Part shown: positions 11,630-24,971 of the stretch, piece after piece | Layout: every line of letters starts with the position of its first letter | How positions within the stretch are numbered: the stretch's first letter is position 1 | Assembly: GCF_022045235.1 (NCBI RefSeq) | Contig: NW_027266343.1 | Location: forward strand, 56,172,001-56,236,000 | From: Haliotis cracherodii | Lineage: Eukaryota | Reading direction: 5' to 3' | Length of the DNA: 64,000 nucleotides | The notes under the pieces: generated by a model | Database searches by the model: none | Told to the model about the DNA's origin: nothing | What the model saw: the letters and a program-made list of their open reading frames with translations, nothing else | Made by a program: the position numbers and the translations under genes

Positions 11630-13680
11630 ATGTGGTGTGTGTGTGTAAATGTGTATGTATGTGCGTGTTTACATGTGTGTGTATATGTGTATGTATGTGC
11701 GTGTGTACATGTGTGTTTATGTGTATGTATGTGCGTCTTTACATGTGTGTTTATATGTGTATGTATGTGCGTGTGTAAATGTATATATGTGTATGTATGT
11801 GCGTGTGTACATGTGTGTATATGTGTATGTCTGTGCGTGTTTACATGTGTGTGTATATGTGTATGTATGTGCGTGTGTACATGTGTGTTTATGTGTATGC
11901 ATGTGCGTGTTTACATTTGTGTGTATATGTGTATGTATGTGCGTGTGTACATGTGTGTTTATGTGTATGTATGTGCGTGTTTACATGTGTGTTTATATGT
12001 GTATGTATGTGCGTGTGTACATGTATATATGTGTATGTGTATGTATGTGCGTGTGTACATGTGTGTATATGTGTATGTCTGTGCGTGTGTTTATGTGTAT
12101 GTATGTGCGTGTTTACATGTGTGTGTTTATATGTGTATGTATGTGCGTGTGTACATGTATATATGTGTATGTGTATGTATGTGCGTGTGTACATGTGTGT
12201 ATATGTGTATGGCTGTGCGTGTGTACATGTGTATNNNNNNNNNNNNNNNNNNNNNNNNNNNNNNNNNNNNNNNNNNNNNNNNNNNNNNNNNNNNNNNNNN
12301 NNNNNNNNNNNNNNNNNNNNNNNNNNNNNNNNNNNNNNNNNNNNNNNNNNNNNNNNNNNNNNNNNNNNNNNNNNNNNNNNNNNNNNNNNNNNNNNNNNNN
12401 NNNNNNNNNNNNNNNNNNNNNNNNNNNNNNNNNNNNNNNNNNNNNNNNNNNNNNNNNNNNNNNNNNNNNNNNNNNNNNNNNNNNNNNNNNNNNNNNNNNN
12501 NNNNNNNNNNNNNNNNNNNNNNNNNNNNNNNNNNNNNNNNNNNNNNNNNNNNNNNNNNNNNNNNNNNNNNNNNNNNNNNNNNNNNNNNNNNNNNNNNNNN
12601 NNGTGTTTATGTGTATGTATGTGCGTGTTTACATGTGTGTGTATATGTGTATGTATGTGCGTGTGTACATGTGTGTTTATGTGTATGTATGTGCGTGTTT
12701 ACATGTGTGTTTATATGTGTATGTATGTGCGTGTGTACATGTATATATGTGTATGTGTATGTATGTGCGTGTGTACATGTGTGTATATGTGTATGTCTGT
12801 GAGTGTGTTTATGTGTACGTATGTGCGTGTTTACATGTGTGTGTTTATATGTGTATGTATGTGCATGTGTACATGTATACATGTGTATGTGTGTATATGT
12901 GTATGTCTGTGCGTGTGTACATGTGTATGTATGTGCGTGTGTACATGTGTGTATATGTGTATGTCTGTGCGTGTGTACATGTGTATGTATGTGCGTGTGT
13001 ACATGTGTGTGTATATGTGTATGTATGTGCCTGTGTACATGTATGCGTGTGTATTTGTATGTATGTGCGTGTGTACATGTGTGTATATGTGTATGTCTGT
13101 GCGTGTGTTTATGTGTATGTATGTGCGTGTGTACATGTGTGTGTATATGTGTATGTATGTGCCTGTGTACATGTATGCGTGTGTATTTGTATGTATGTGC
13201 GTGTGTACATGTATGTGTTTATGTGTATGTATGTGCGTGTGTACATTTATGCGTGTGTATTTGTATGTATGTGCGTGTGTATATGTGTATGCATGTGCGT
13301 GTGTACATGTGTTTTTGTGTTTGTATATGTGTATGTATGTATGTGCGTGTGTACATGTGTGTGTATATGTGTATGTATGTGCGTGTGTACATGCATGTGT
13401 GTGTATGTGTATGAATGTGCGTGTGTATGTGTGTATGTATGTGCGTGTGTATGTGTGTATGTATGTGCGTGTGTATATGTGTATGCATGTGCGTGTGTAC
13501 ATGTGTGTTTGTGTACATGTGTGTTTGTGTGTGTGCGTGTGTACATGTGTGTGAGCGTGAACATGTGAGTGTGTATGAATGTGCATGTGTACATGTGTGT
13601 TTGTGTATTTTTGTGTGCGTGTGTACATGTGTGTGTATGTGTATGTATTTGCGTGTACATGTGCGCGCTTGTGCGTGTTT
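11630..13680. repeat. Compound TG/TA-rich micro/minisatellite with an internal assembly gap
   Basis: Recurring unit of the type 'gtgtatgtatgtgcgtgtgtacatgt', almost perfectly alternating purine/pyrimidine. N-gap 12235-12602. Confidence 0.97.
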
Positions 13681-15459
13681 GTTGGATCATTGTGAAAAGA
13701 CACATAATCTAGTAAAGGCCTCTCGCATTCAGGATATAAAATATAATACACCGATGTGTGCACACTTTATATTGAATACTGGATGTGAAGCTAATAATGT
13801 TGAATGATTAGTATAAATGTGAAATGCATTAGGCCGCTGAAGAGTATTAGCACAAGAACTCTAATACTTTTGAATACAGATATAAACCAGAATGAGAGTA
13901 CGAAACAAAATTATAGCATCGAACTGAAGCTCTTTTAAATAGAATCCGATTTCTTGAAGATAAATGGGTATTTGTGTGTAACATTGTTCACATCTGGTGT
14001 ACCTTAATGCCTTCAGGTGACTTCATGAAGCGTTGTTTGACGCATAGCTTTGTGGGACAATTCCGCCAACCATTAACCAAATTGCCTTTTTAAGAAAGGT
14101 GAGCAAATGAGAAAAGAGTGTCTTATTATTCTTGAATAAGCTTGGTCGAATTAGACGACGCTTCTCTTCGATTATTTTCAGTTAACAGCGACGTTAATTA
14201 TTGAATTGATTTTAAAAACCTCTCAAAAAAACTCACGGTAAGTCTTAAATTCGGCATCTTCGAAAAATGTCCTCGTACTTTAACTATACCAGATCAGGGC
14301 ACAACTATACTTTATGACACTACTTACGGGAGTAGAAAATATGGGTATTTGCTTAAACAACACACAAATGATCACCATAGGTTGGACATATATGGACAAT
14401 GTCTCTTGTAAATAACATCCCGGGGGAATAACAATCATGCTCCCCCTGTCCACCTCCGACATTGGTACTCACACTGAAATAGATGATCACAGTTTTTTCA
14501 CAGCTTCTTTAGCGTTGGAGAGTGTACTTTTGACCTTCATGTGCTGGCCAGCACCGTGCGAGCGAAACCAAGGACAACGCTTTAGGGGATGTAATTAATA
14601 ATGCAGCTGGTATGATTTTGTTCTTCAGTCACGTGGATATCTTCAGGATATTGATGGTAAAGTCGCAACAAATTATTTCACATAAAGACGGACGATGCTC
14701 CGCTGTCTGGTACAAATTTCTAGTTAATAGCTGGAAGCTGTAAAGTAAAGCTGCAAACCCCTTTCCATAATCTTAAGAAATCTGTGCGAAAACTGTGTTA
14801 AACTGAGACACTGTCTAAGGGATAGTCAGTAGTTGCTAGTCTGGTATCATAACATAATATTTAGGATATAATCATTGGGTTTTGTATGAATTGAATCGAA
14901 GGTGCTACATGTATGTCTTACAATTGCCAGGGGCCTAAATTAGTTCCGTCCCTAGAACCCAAGTTACAAACCCACATACAGGAGTGCTTCCGGCAATACT
15001 GCTTACTGTACCTATTTAATGTATTATTGGGAATGCAATGAGACTCTTCGGGCATCATGTGTCTAATGTGAAGCGTAGATACTGTCCCTACACTGCAAGA
15101 ATTTGATTACCTCTGGGAAATGGCAGTATATACACAATATATGGCATTTAATCTTTCCTAGTGTCATCTGCTCGCCCACATTCGTGCAGTGTAGGAATGT
15201 CGTGGAGTACCCACGTCCTGTGCTGTTACAGCCGCCCACGTTGTTTTGTGAGAAGTATTTGCAGTAGTAATTGCGTGCTAATTTGAGTGCTGAGTTTGCA
15301 GTGAAAGAGGATAAAGTAGTGTGTAATGATTGATAGGATTCATTTTGACTCAGCAGGTAACACAGGGTCTATTTATCTGAGCACTGCCATCAGGAATGAA
15401 ACCGACCCATCCCAAACCCCCACAAACACCCCAACCACCAACAGAAACACCCCACAACC

Positions 15460-15700
15460 ACACCTACACACACACGCACGCACGCAGGCACACACANNNN
15501 NNNNNNNNNNNNNNNNNNNNNNNNNNNNNNNNNNNNNNNNNNNNNNNNNNNNNNNNNNNNNNNNNNNNNNNNNNNNNNNNNNNNNNNNNNNNNNNNNNNN
15601 NNNNNNNNNNNNNNNNNNNNNNNNNNNNNNNNNNNNNNNNNNNNNNNNNNNNNNNNNNNNNNNNNNNNNNNNNNNNNNNNNNNNNNNNNNNNTACACACA
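15460..15700. repeat. (CA)n-type microsatellite flanking a gap
   Basis: 'cacacacacgcacgcacgcaggcacacaca', then Ns, then 'tacacaca'. Confidence 0.85.
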
Positions 15701-15984
15701 CCGCAATGGCTACTTAACGAGAATAATTAAAGACACCGTTTGTAAGGAAAGTGCGTACGACGAGTGTAGTAATAATATATTTATCACTGAAGTTGATATA
15801 GTATATTATCTAAATTCAACTTTGGAAATTTCCGTGAATGTCATAAGGATGGCGTAAGAATACACCAGTCTTAGATAAAAGCGATAAAATCATTTCCATA
15901 ATCATAAGAAATATCTGCTTACAGCAGAATCCATTGTACGATTCTGACTAAATCATATGTTCATGAATCACTATGAAAAAGCAA

Positions 15985-16110
15985 TAATACCAGGTGTTCG
16001 CAAAAGGTGAGTGTATCCTGTCCCACCGAGGCACCCGTCATAAACACATGCAAAGGCAATTCAATTGTTCTCCTGAAAAGAAAACGAGAACATAGGACAG
16101 CTATAATAGA
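15985..16110 (-). repeat. Dispersed repeat, probably a Penelope-like element 3' region
   Basis: 'aaaggtgagtgtatcctgtcccaccgaggcacccgtcataaacacatgcaaaggcaa' recurs at ~55345-55400 (next to a Penelope-like RT relic) and ~63188-63255. Confidence 0.6.
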
Positions 16111-17439
16111 CTGGTCTGGCCATAAAGAGGGAAAGAGGCTCGACAAATATGTTCATAATACCTGAACAAAAAATATAACCAACTTAGAAACATTCAACAG
16201 AACAATCTCGCAAGTGGGGCGAGTTCGAGACGATCGTTGGGTATTTCATTTCATACGAGTTAGCAACGGGTTTATATGTTGTGAAATTTGTTGGAATTAC
16301 CATTAGGCAACACCGATGATGGAGCACCAAAGAGTCACGACGTGTTTAATTCTTTAAGAAAGAAAATGGCCATGGGGACGAATATGGGAGTATGCAGTTA
16401 CTTATTCCCGGGTTTCGATCAAGTGTCGATCGCTATTTGATAAGATGCAACAACTCTTCATCAATTGGACACGATTCAATTTGCGAAATGTCGCAATGTG
16501 TTTTCTTTGGGAAGGTTAGCGTTATTTACTTAAGTTAAGTGCTGAAATAATCACGCTCAGGGAATCCGGCCTTTTAGTGGAGCCCCATGAGGAAATGTTA
16601 CGTATGCGCCCATACCGACAACCAAATCACACACAGGCTGTCTGATGCAGGGTTATAATTCTTGTTGAGTGTTAGCCGTGCTCTCTGATCTTCATGCCAC
16701 ATGGCCATGGGGAATCTTACATCCTAATACCCACAAACCCTCCTTCTTGTCAGGAAACGCACATCGATGTGTTTTACAACCGATCGTCCTTTCAGTTTCA
16801 GGACAATTTGTCAAAAATAAAAGCAAATTCATTTGACGTTACACCAGGACAATACACCTGTGCACAACAAACAAACAACAAATGGTATACAATCAACAAT
16901 TACATCACAAAATTAACTAGATTTACAATTCAATACAAATTACTGCACAACAATTACAATGGCTGTACGCAATAGAGTTGTAGTACACTATTCAATGGCA
17001 ATATCAAATGTAAGATATGATTGCAATGATAATGACATTCACCTATCCCTTCGATATCGACTCATAATCATTTCTTTGTTGATTGGTACCTCCAGGCTCC
17101 CATTAGACGAAGTGGCTTTGCTGTTTGTGTGTTGGGCTTTGGCACTGTCACGGAGCTGTCTTCCAATGATCAGGGGTGTCATAAAATGAGAATAAAGTAA
17201 TAAAGGAACTGTGGTAAAAGTTTCACAGGCATTTTGATAACGGCTAATTGTACTAGTTGATGACAATAAAGGATAAGATAAACACAATCAGCGCTAACAA
17301 GGATCACTGATTCATTAAATTAGCGCAGCGATACCAGCGGCTTAACTAAGCAACTGTATTACAATAATAAAATGATTAGACATAACAACACTTTGACAAA
17401 ATACCGACCAGATGCATAGACAGCCAATTAAGTTGGCTG

Positions 17440-18031
17440 CGACCAGTAACAAATTACGTACGTATAGAATGTTTAAAGATGGGTATGGATGTGAAAGTTA
17501 TGTAAGTATGTATATGCCTCGTTCTTACCGCTCTGCCTTCTCCAAATTTAGACCAGGTACTGCTCCTCTGAAGTTGGAAACAGGCAGATATACGAATATG
17601 AATGTGAATGAAAGGGTGTTTTCAGTGTAAGGAAAGTATCGAAGATGAATGTCATGTATTGCTTGATTGCCCTGTGTACGATGATTTGCGAGAAAGTTCA
17701 TACGAAAAGGTGAGTTTTATCAATCCCAACTTTCTAGAGTTATGCAATATTGATAAACTTATTGTACTTTTTAAATATTATGTATATTTTACAGCCAAAA
17801 GCTGCTTTTTAATTCTCCAACGAAAAAAAAAAAATTTATATGGCTAGTTACGGGTAGTATATTTTCATAAGCCTTTTACACCAATATATTTATGCTGTAC
17901 ATACTGTGATATATTTTAAGTCTCTCGTAACCCTTGACGGGTGGCTCGCTTTTATGTCCTTTTATATGTATTTATGTAATTATTTTTGTGAGGTGAGACT
18001 CAAATAAACAATCTGTCTGTCTGCCTGTCTG
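17440..18031 (+). mobile_element. 5'-truncated L2/CR1-group LINE (ORF2 C-terminus, 3' UTR and tail)
   Basis: KLRTYRMFK...FSKFR...PLKLETGRY...ERV(C)FQCKESIEDECHVLLDCPVYDDLR, then AATAAA and a (TCTG)n tail at ~18003-18031. Confidence 0.85.
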
Positions 18032-18803
18032 CGTCAATTAACTACAGTTTCTAATGAGTGAATAACCTCGGCTGGGTTAAATACTCACAGAGGGCGTATC
18101 CCTAAAATAAGTCACTTAGACTACAAATTAGACAATAACGTCTGATATCGACTAGTCTTAGTTGACAAAAGTTTCAGTCACTTTGACTGAACAAGGAAAT
18201 ACTAAAATTTCCAAATAACATGCAATCACAGGAATCTTGGTTATCCAGGGCCACGGATTACTAGCAAGACTGAGTATTACAAACCCTAGTAACTAAGTTT
18301 AGTTCAGTACAACCAGACTATGTCATATTCTAGATCAATCCTAGTCCCAAAAAACACTAACTGACGAAACCTGAGATACCATACATCCACTCAATACATG
18401 ATTTGAGTGCCATTGCATTAAAATGAAATGAAATAGTCGGGCCACTAAATATCTAACACGAAATGTACTGACATAGCGACCGCCGGACTTTGCCGAGCGG
18501 TGCCGGAAATAAGCCGAGGAACCGCGAAGTCACTACACCGTGACATGAGCCAATTAACACCCCGGTGACAGTGGTCAAGCTTCCAAGATTGCCAAGGCTG
18601 GATACCAGGGTGAAAAGTGATCTTCACTGGAAAGATGGTCTTGATGTAACGTAAAAGGAAATGTGAGATGAAATGTGAGATCACAGGCACGCTCCTGCTG
18701 CACTTATTTTGTCAAACTAGCTTCCAGCACTTTCCACACAGTGCTTGACATGTCCAGTGTCACTTGAACATCACAGAATATTCCACATGTTTCATTTATG
18801 CTT

Positions 18804-18960
18804 GGGGGCGGTCGGGTAGGCTAGTTGTTAAAGCGTTCGCTCGTCACGTCGAAGACCCGGGATCGATTCCCGACACGGGTACAATGTGTGAAGCCAATTT
18901 TGTGGTGTCCACCGCTGTGATATAGCTGGAATATTGCTGTGTAAAGCCATACTCACTGAC
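18804..18960 (+). mobile_element. tRNA-derived SINE (family 1), full length
   Basis: A-box-like 'taggctagttgttaaagcg' and B-box-like 'gggatcgattccc', body 'tgtgtgaagcc...ggtgtcc...gatatagctggaatattgct', tail 'atactcact'. Confidence 0.85.
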
Positions 18961-19689
18961 ATAATATGTAGTCAGGATCTAATGTAACCCTTCATCAAGT
19001 CAGATCTGAATTCCAGCTGTTCCGCCTATCGTCCACAAGGTTCACAGGACGTTCAGCCTTTTAAAGAGTATTTCAGTCAAATAACGGCACACGAATGAAA
19101 TGAGGGAGGATACATCGAATTGCCACAGACAGACAAAGGGTCTTGACATGTCATGTTAGAAATATATTCTCAAATAACCTACATAACACTTTTTTTAACT
19201 GTGACCATGCCATGACAACTACGCATTAGTAATAAATAACATCCATATGACCATATGTATTTTTATTAAATATGTTTATGCAAATGATTTAATTGGTTTG
19301 CTCAATGTACTTGTTGATTGATATAAATACTATAAACAAATAATAAGACATATAGACGCAAGGGTATTTGAAACAGTTTAATTCACGTCTCACAAAGTTC
19401 GCACGTGCAAAATCATTCAGCGTATTAATTGATTCCATTGAAGGCCGAATATCAATGCACAGAGAAACAGGATTTCGTTCATGATAAATTCATATAAAGC
19501 ATAATCTATCAAACTCCTCCCCCTATCATGTTAAGATCTTTTCACTTGGACTTGATATCTAATAAAATCTCGTTTTGAATTCTATAATTTGATGCAAGTG
19601 ACAAGCACAAGACAAAATAGAACATGTTTGTTAATTTGGTAATTATCTAACATTACTTCACGGGATATATCTCGCAAACTTGTGCATAT

Positions 19690-20175
19690 TTCACCACCAT
19701 CAATGTACTGGTTTGGTGTTTCCTATCCTTCATAATATTCCTGCTTCAGTCGCTTCAGTCTGTTTTCACATCTTGGAACACCCTCTTCCTGGTGTGCGGG
19801 GCGGTAACCCCGCAATGGTCCCTCCGTCAACAGCTTCATTTCGTCTTCTGACTTCAATGAACTGGTAGATGTTCCGGTGACGATGGGGCAACGAAAGTAT
19901 TCACAGTTGCGTGTACGTGGTCCTTGGATTGCATGGTGGTTTCCCAGTGGCAACGGGCATCATGTGTCAAAGTCAGCCCAGTTGATGACTATGTTGTCAT
20001 GGATGTTGTCTTCACTGTTGACCTCTGGGGCCTGGTCAGTGACCTTCAGTGTTCGTAACGAGGGCTTGGGGGAAGAGGGGATATGGCTGCTGCTCGCTGG
20101 GTACATTGCTGAACCTCCAAGGTCTTGTACTTTCGGGCTTGTCAGTGATTGTGAAAACCACAGCCCTTGGCTTCA
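19690..20175 (-). pseudogene. Degenerate Mutator-like (MULE) transposase fragment
   Basis: Across frameshifts the minus strand gives KGCGFH...KVQDLG...NHHAIQGPRT...HRNIYQFIEV...RLKRLKQEY. This matches the order of MULE motifs CxFH, WN...PRTNN and HPNI. Confidence 0.65.
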
Positions 20176-23100
20176 GCTTGTGTATATTTTCTCCCTGGAG
20201 TTCACTCTCGTGCCAGTGGTCGATAATATATATTTAATTATTAGATATCACGACTGGCAACATTTAGTTATGTGTACATGATGATTTCTTTTCTGAAAAG
20301 AGTTTTGACTGTAAAGTAGTTGTAAAGCACATTGGATTGATTCACTCAAGTAAAATTAAGCTGACCTTAACTGGAGAGGTTCCTTAACTAATGATGAGTG
20401 ACTCTGCATCATTGAAATATAAAACAAACATTAAAGGAACCAACTACCAGATTCACCAACTGTGTATTGAGCGCTTGGATACCGAAGCTGTTCTGGAGAT
20501 GAATGTATATAGTTTTGGATATTCCATTTTGTTATGACTGATTGTCCCTACTCCTTAATGACAATTGGCAGGTCTGATTATCAGCACATCTGAGAAATGG
20601 GAGTAAGCCCATAGTGCATATAGACTCATCAAAATTAACCTTTATGATCCAAGAATTAATGCAAATGTGTGATCTTGTACAATCACAAACGGCAGGATTC
20701 TTTGTGAAACAGCAATTTTGAGTATGTCAAACCGAAAGTATAAAATTCCAAGTCAGGTATTAGAGACACACATTTTGGGATAAGGATAATATTGTTGTTG
20801 CTTAATGTTTGTCAAATAAAATATCCCCGTTCACTTATATTTGGAATTGCTACACGTGTGTAGGTTTGTAGTAATGGGTCTCCTTGTGATGTCAGTGGGC
20901 CATTATTAACACGATCAAGCTTACCCAGTGTAACTCTGCTTCCATCAATAGACAATAGCACTGAAGAGCAGAAGCGGAAACTTTACACACAATTATCTGT
21001 CAGATGTGGGTTTCTCGCTAAAAGGTATACAAAAGATCTGAGAGATCATGGTACTTTCCTGGAACAAATATCTCGGAAAATCTGGGAATACAATATATTG
21101 AAATTGAAATTTACTCATAAAAAAGCCAGATAAACCGATGTCTGTCCTAGAGTAGTAGTCAAACGATTTGATAGATTGACAAGATAAAATGTTAGTTTCC
21201 GTATAGTCAGCGAATGGATGAATTATTTTTAAAGATGTCACTCGTAAGATACTTAAGATGCACATCGCAAATGTTACACGTGTAGAATGTCATGCAATGC
21301 CACTGGAGATACCTATACCATATACAGCAATAGCATGGCGCTAATATCTGGTATTTGTGGAACTGCTTTTATCAACGAATGCTCATAACAAGCCTGCGCC
21401 GAGAATGCAGCGAGAACAAAACACCCGAAGGATGCTTAAATGATAGTATATCTGTATAGAACGCAATATAATGTGAGTTGTGAAAAATAATACAAGAGGT
21501 ACTCTATCATATTCCATAGTTTCTTTGCCTCTATAATGTTTTAACAGAAGTAACTCTTTCATCTGGAGTCACGAAACTACGAAGCCTAAATTGCGTGTAT
21601 GTAGACATTGTACGTGAAATTACACATTGGAATCGCCGTCCTGGATAATTCACCTCATAATTCAATACCAATTTTACGGTTTAATAACTAACACGTGAAT
21701 CGTCAAGAAGTCTGCAAGTATAAAATCTTATGGTGATTGTCTTTCCATCACTGGTGGAAACAAGTCGCCGCTGGGCGTTATGATCACTCGAGTGAACGCT
21801 GTAGGCAGCCCGACATATGTTGGAGCGCAGGAGACATGTCATTACATCTTCAGCATGGCGCATAGAGGTCCATTTGGGAGTGCTTATACGACCCTGGAAA
21901 TCAGAGTCGGGAATCATTTTTAATAATGCCAACACAAATAGTGCAAGTTAAGTGTGGTGTTGATAAATCTAAGTCATATGTGAGTATGTTTGGGGTTAAA
22001 GCCGCTTGAAACAGTATTTCAGTTGTACCCAACACAAGCTAAAACCGACAAACGCAGGCGTCGGCGTCAAACCGCTCTTGTGGAAAATATCAGAAGATTC
22101 AGTGCCGTGTGTGTGTGTGTCGGGGTTAAGGGACTGCACTCTCATAGTTGTGCCCTGTTGGATTCATCACACATCATTTTTGCTTTCAGAGAACAGTATA
22201 ACAACACTGAGCATCTGGAATATTTTATGTTTGCGAAACCTGGAATTAAAAATTCACTGCTCATGGGAGCAGTTTATCAAGTCAATACTAAACATGAAAT
22301 ATTGCCATGCTAACTTAAGTATATATTGATGACATATTTTGACTATATGTTTTTATTAGAATCATTTGCTAAAAATGCATCGTTGGATGCTCCTATAAAT
22401 TTCCATACAACAGTCCTGATTTTCAAATGGACCATTACGTATTGTGTGTGTATTTTGAATGTAGTAGTTTTTATTTGTATTTGATTATTTAACATACTTT
22501 AACCTTTGAACTTCTCTTACTCGGATGGCAGGTAATAAAATGATTATGATATCTGAAACCACTGGAATAATATTATATAGCAGCAGATTTAAATGATCTG
22601 GAGTAAGAAAATATATATAGCTAATTTGGTACAATGCAAATCTGAGATCGCTCTCTTTACCATTTGAAGCCCGACGCTCCACACATCTAAATTGGAAACA
22701 CTGTAGATATATCTCCGTTATACGCTGAAAATGCATTAATCTACGCTCGTGCTATTCAGGTGACGAATGTTGAAAATTGAATTACCTGTTTATATACTGT
22801 GCGACACGTTAACAGTGATAGTTCGACATGTATTTTTGAATGCGAAGTATGTTCCTTTATGTTCCAATGTGACAAAAAATGCGACGAAAATCCGACTATA
22901 TCATGAACAGGTGTTTACAAATCACTATCAAATAGTAATAATGGCAAGTGTTCGTGAAAAGAGTGAGACAAATACATTTTTATGGTAAATGTGACTGTAA
23001 ATATATACCATTTGAAGTACGCAAAAAAGACGTAAAACGTGCCTTATTCATATTTCCAACGGGAATCCTGGTAATATAAATTGTCTACATATCAAGATAT

Positions 23101-23528
23101 AACAGAATGCAATGTTTGTACGTTCTGGAATGTAATCCGGATATAACGCAATAATCTCAGTCAATCCCCACTCGTTTTGAAGCATGACAATTGCTGCCAA
23201 TGGAGACATGTATCAACCGTGTGAAGAATTCATAATTGTGCAGGGCACAAAAACGTTGTTTAATATTTAATGCAGTTTGTAATTGGGAAGATTAACATGT
23301 ACACATCAGTTGTTCAGTTGCAAGAGTTTTCGAATTCGCTTTTGCATTTTTTGTTATTAAAGAATTTAAAGTTGTGTTTTTCATAACAACGTGTCAAACC
23401 CCTCCAGCATTCAATCGTTTTTGTCCAATGATGATAATTGTAATAATCAAACACTGCTGTTTTGAACATGAAAATGATTGAAATATATTTTTTCTCCAAT
23501 TTTGCAAGCCAAGTTAATAATTTACACA

Positions 23529-23780
23529 TGAGTGAGTGAGTTGAGTTTAACGCCGCTTTTAACAGTATTCCAGTCATATCACGGCGTGTCAGCTAAATGT
23601 GGAAGAAAAGCCCGAAGTGTTGCAGGTCTCACGAGCACGGGTTTGGTGCTGACAAACCTGGAAACATTATTGGGGCGAACCGGGATTCGAAGCCACAATC
23701 ATAGGTTTCTGGCGTGCCTAAGGGACGCAACTCTGCACAGCGGATCGCGGCGCATTAGAGGACTGGGCCACCCGTGCCCC
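23529..23780 (-). mobile_element. tRNA-derived SINE (family 2), full length, with (ACTC)n tail
   Basis: Minus strand: 'ggggcacgggtggcccagtcctctaatgcg...ggcttcgaatcccggttcgcccc...gatatgactggaatactgttaaaagcggcgttaaactcaactcactcactc'. Confidence 0.8.
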
Positions 23781-24433
23781 CAATTTACACAAGAGGACAC
23801 ATTGGTCTTGACCGATTTAGTGCATCTGGTATTATCTAAAAAGTAATTGTAGTGGAGAACGGTTACATAGAAAACGACAAACATCCCCGTGAATCGATAT
23901 TACAAGACACCATTCATTGGAATAGCTGATATCAGCCGTAACGATATCTGATAGGTCTATTGAAACTCTCATGTACGGCTTATCTTGTCCAGTAGTCGTC
24001 CCCGACACCACGTACATCTCGCAGTGCAACGTTGCAACCATAGCGAATTACAGATTTACCTCCATTTACCGTGGGGATGACTGATGGTGACGCATCTAGT
24101 AGTGGTAGTAGTAGTGGTAATAGACCCATTTACAGCCTTAGACGTTCCAGGCCAACAAACCTGATCTTGTCCCTTTTGATAAATCCAATGAAATCATTTA
24201 CATCATTGAATTTTTTGTCACCTTTGACACAAATGTGATTGACAAGATTGAGGAAATACATGGCAAATATAAAGTTGTTTCTTTCGCTATGCTTCAATTC
24301 ATAGGAAACAAATGTAAGTATTTATGTACGTGGTTGTTTCATCATGTTTGTAAGACTTAGCACAGTATCCCCATAATGATTTGAATGGTATTATTCAGTC
24401 TCTTTTGAGTGAACGTTCATGTAGGACTCACTT

Positions 24434-24971
24434 CATCTTCCCGAGTCAAGAGAGTTAATTGACTTTAAAAGTCCAGTTTCAACCCTTGCCGAACTAGGTT
24501 GGAATAACTGGGGTCGATCGTAGCGCCACCAGTGGTTTTTACCAGTTACATCCCCTTTCTCCATCTCCTATGGACCAATCAGATTCAACCTTTCGTATCA
24601 CTTGCGTTTGCTTCACACAAATTGGTGGCGCCCAGTCAGGACGATCTGATCAATAATCAGGATCTATATTGTGATGAAACGGGTCTTACATCGCGAAATG
24701 CATCAAATCACGTGAGCACCTTGATTAAAAACATGAAAAGATTTGAAAAATATCTGCTGACAACGAGTTGGCGGTGCATATGCTTTGCAAATCCTGCAAT
24801 CGACCTAAATCTGCAGTTTACGAACCGGATTTCGATTTCGTTGCGCGATTTTGATTGGACTATGCATAGACACGTTAGTCCAGCCAAAATGTAACCCCAT
24901 AATACCAGCCTAATTCGGCAAGGGTGGGAACTGGACTTACAGTCAGTTAACTCTCTTGCCTCGGGAAGATG
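24434..24971. mobile_element. Non-autonomous TIR DNA transposon (MITE), MULE-like from its 9-bp TSD
   Basis: Imperfect TIRs of ~70 bp (CATCTTCCCGAG...CTCGGGAAGATG). Perfect 9-bp direct repeat GACTCACTT at 24425-24433 and 24972-24980. Confidence 0.92.

Noticed and set aside
11591-13807. Long Cys/Val/Met/Tyr- or His/Thr-rich ORFs (up to 639 aa)
   Set aside because: Translations of a TG-rich satellite running through N gaps, open in most frames; not genes.
18804-18880. tRNA-like sequences (also 56430-56503, 23680-23780, 63713-63775)
   Set aside because: Each continues into a SINE body and LINE-like tail, so they are SINE heads rather than tRNA genes.
21681-21935. 84-aa minus-strand ORF with a possible splice acceptor
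   Set aside because: No recognisable domain, partner exons or promoter.
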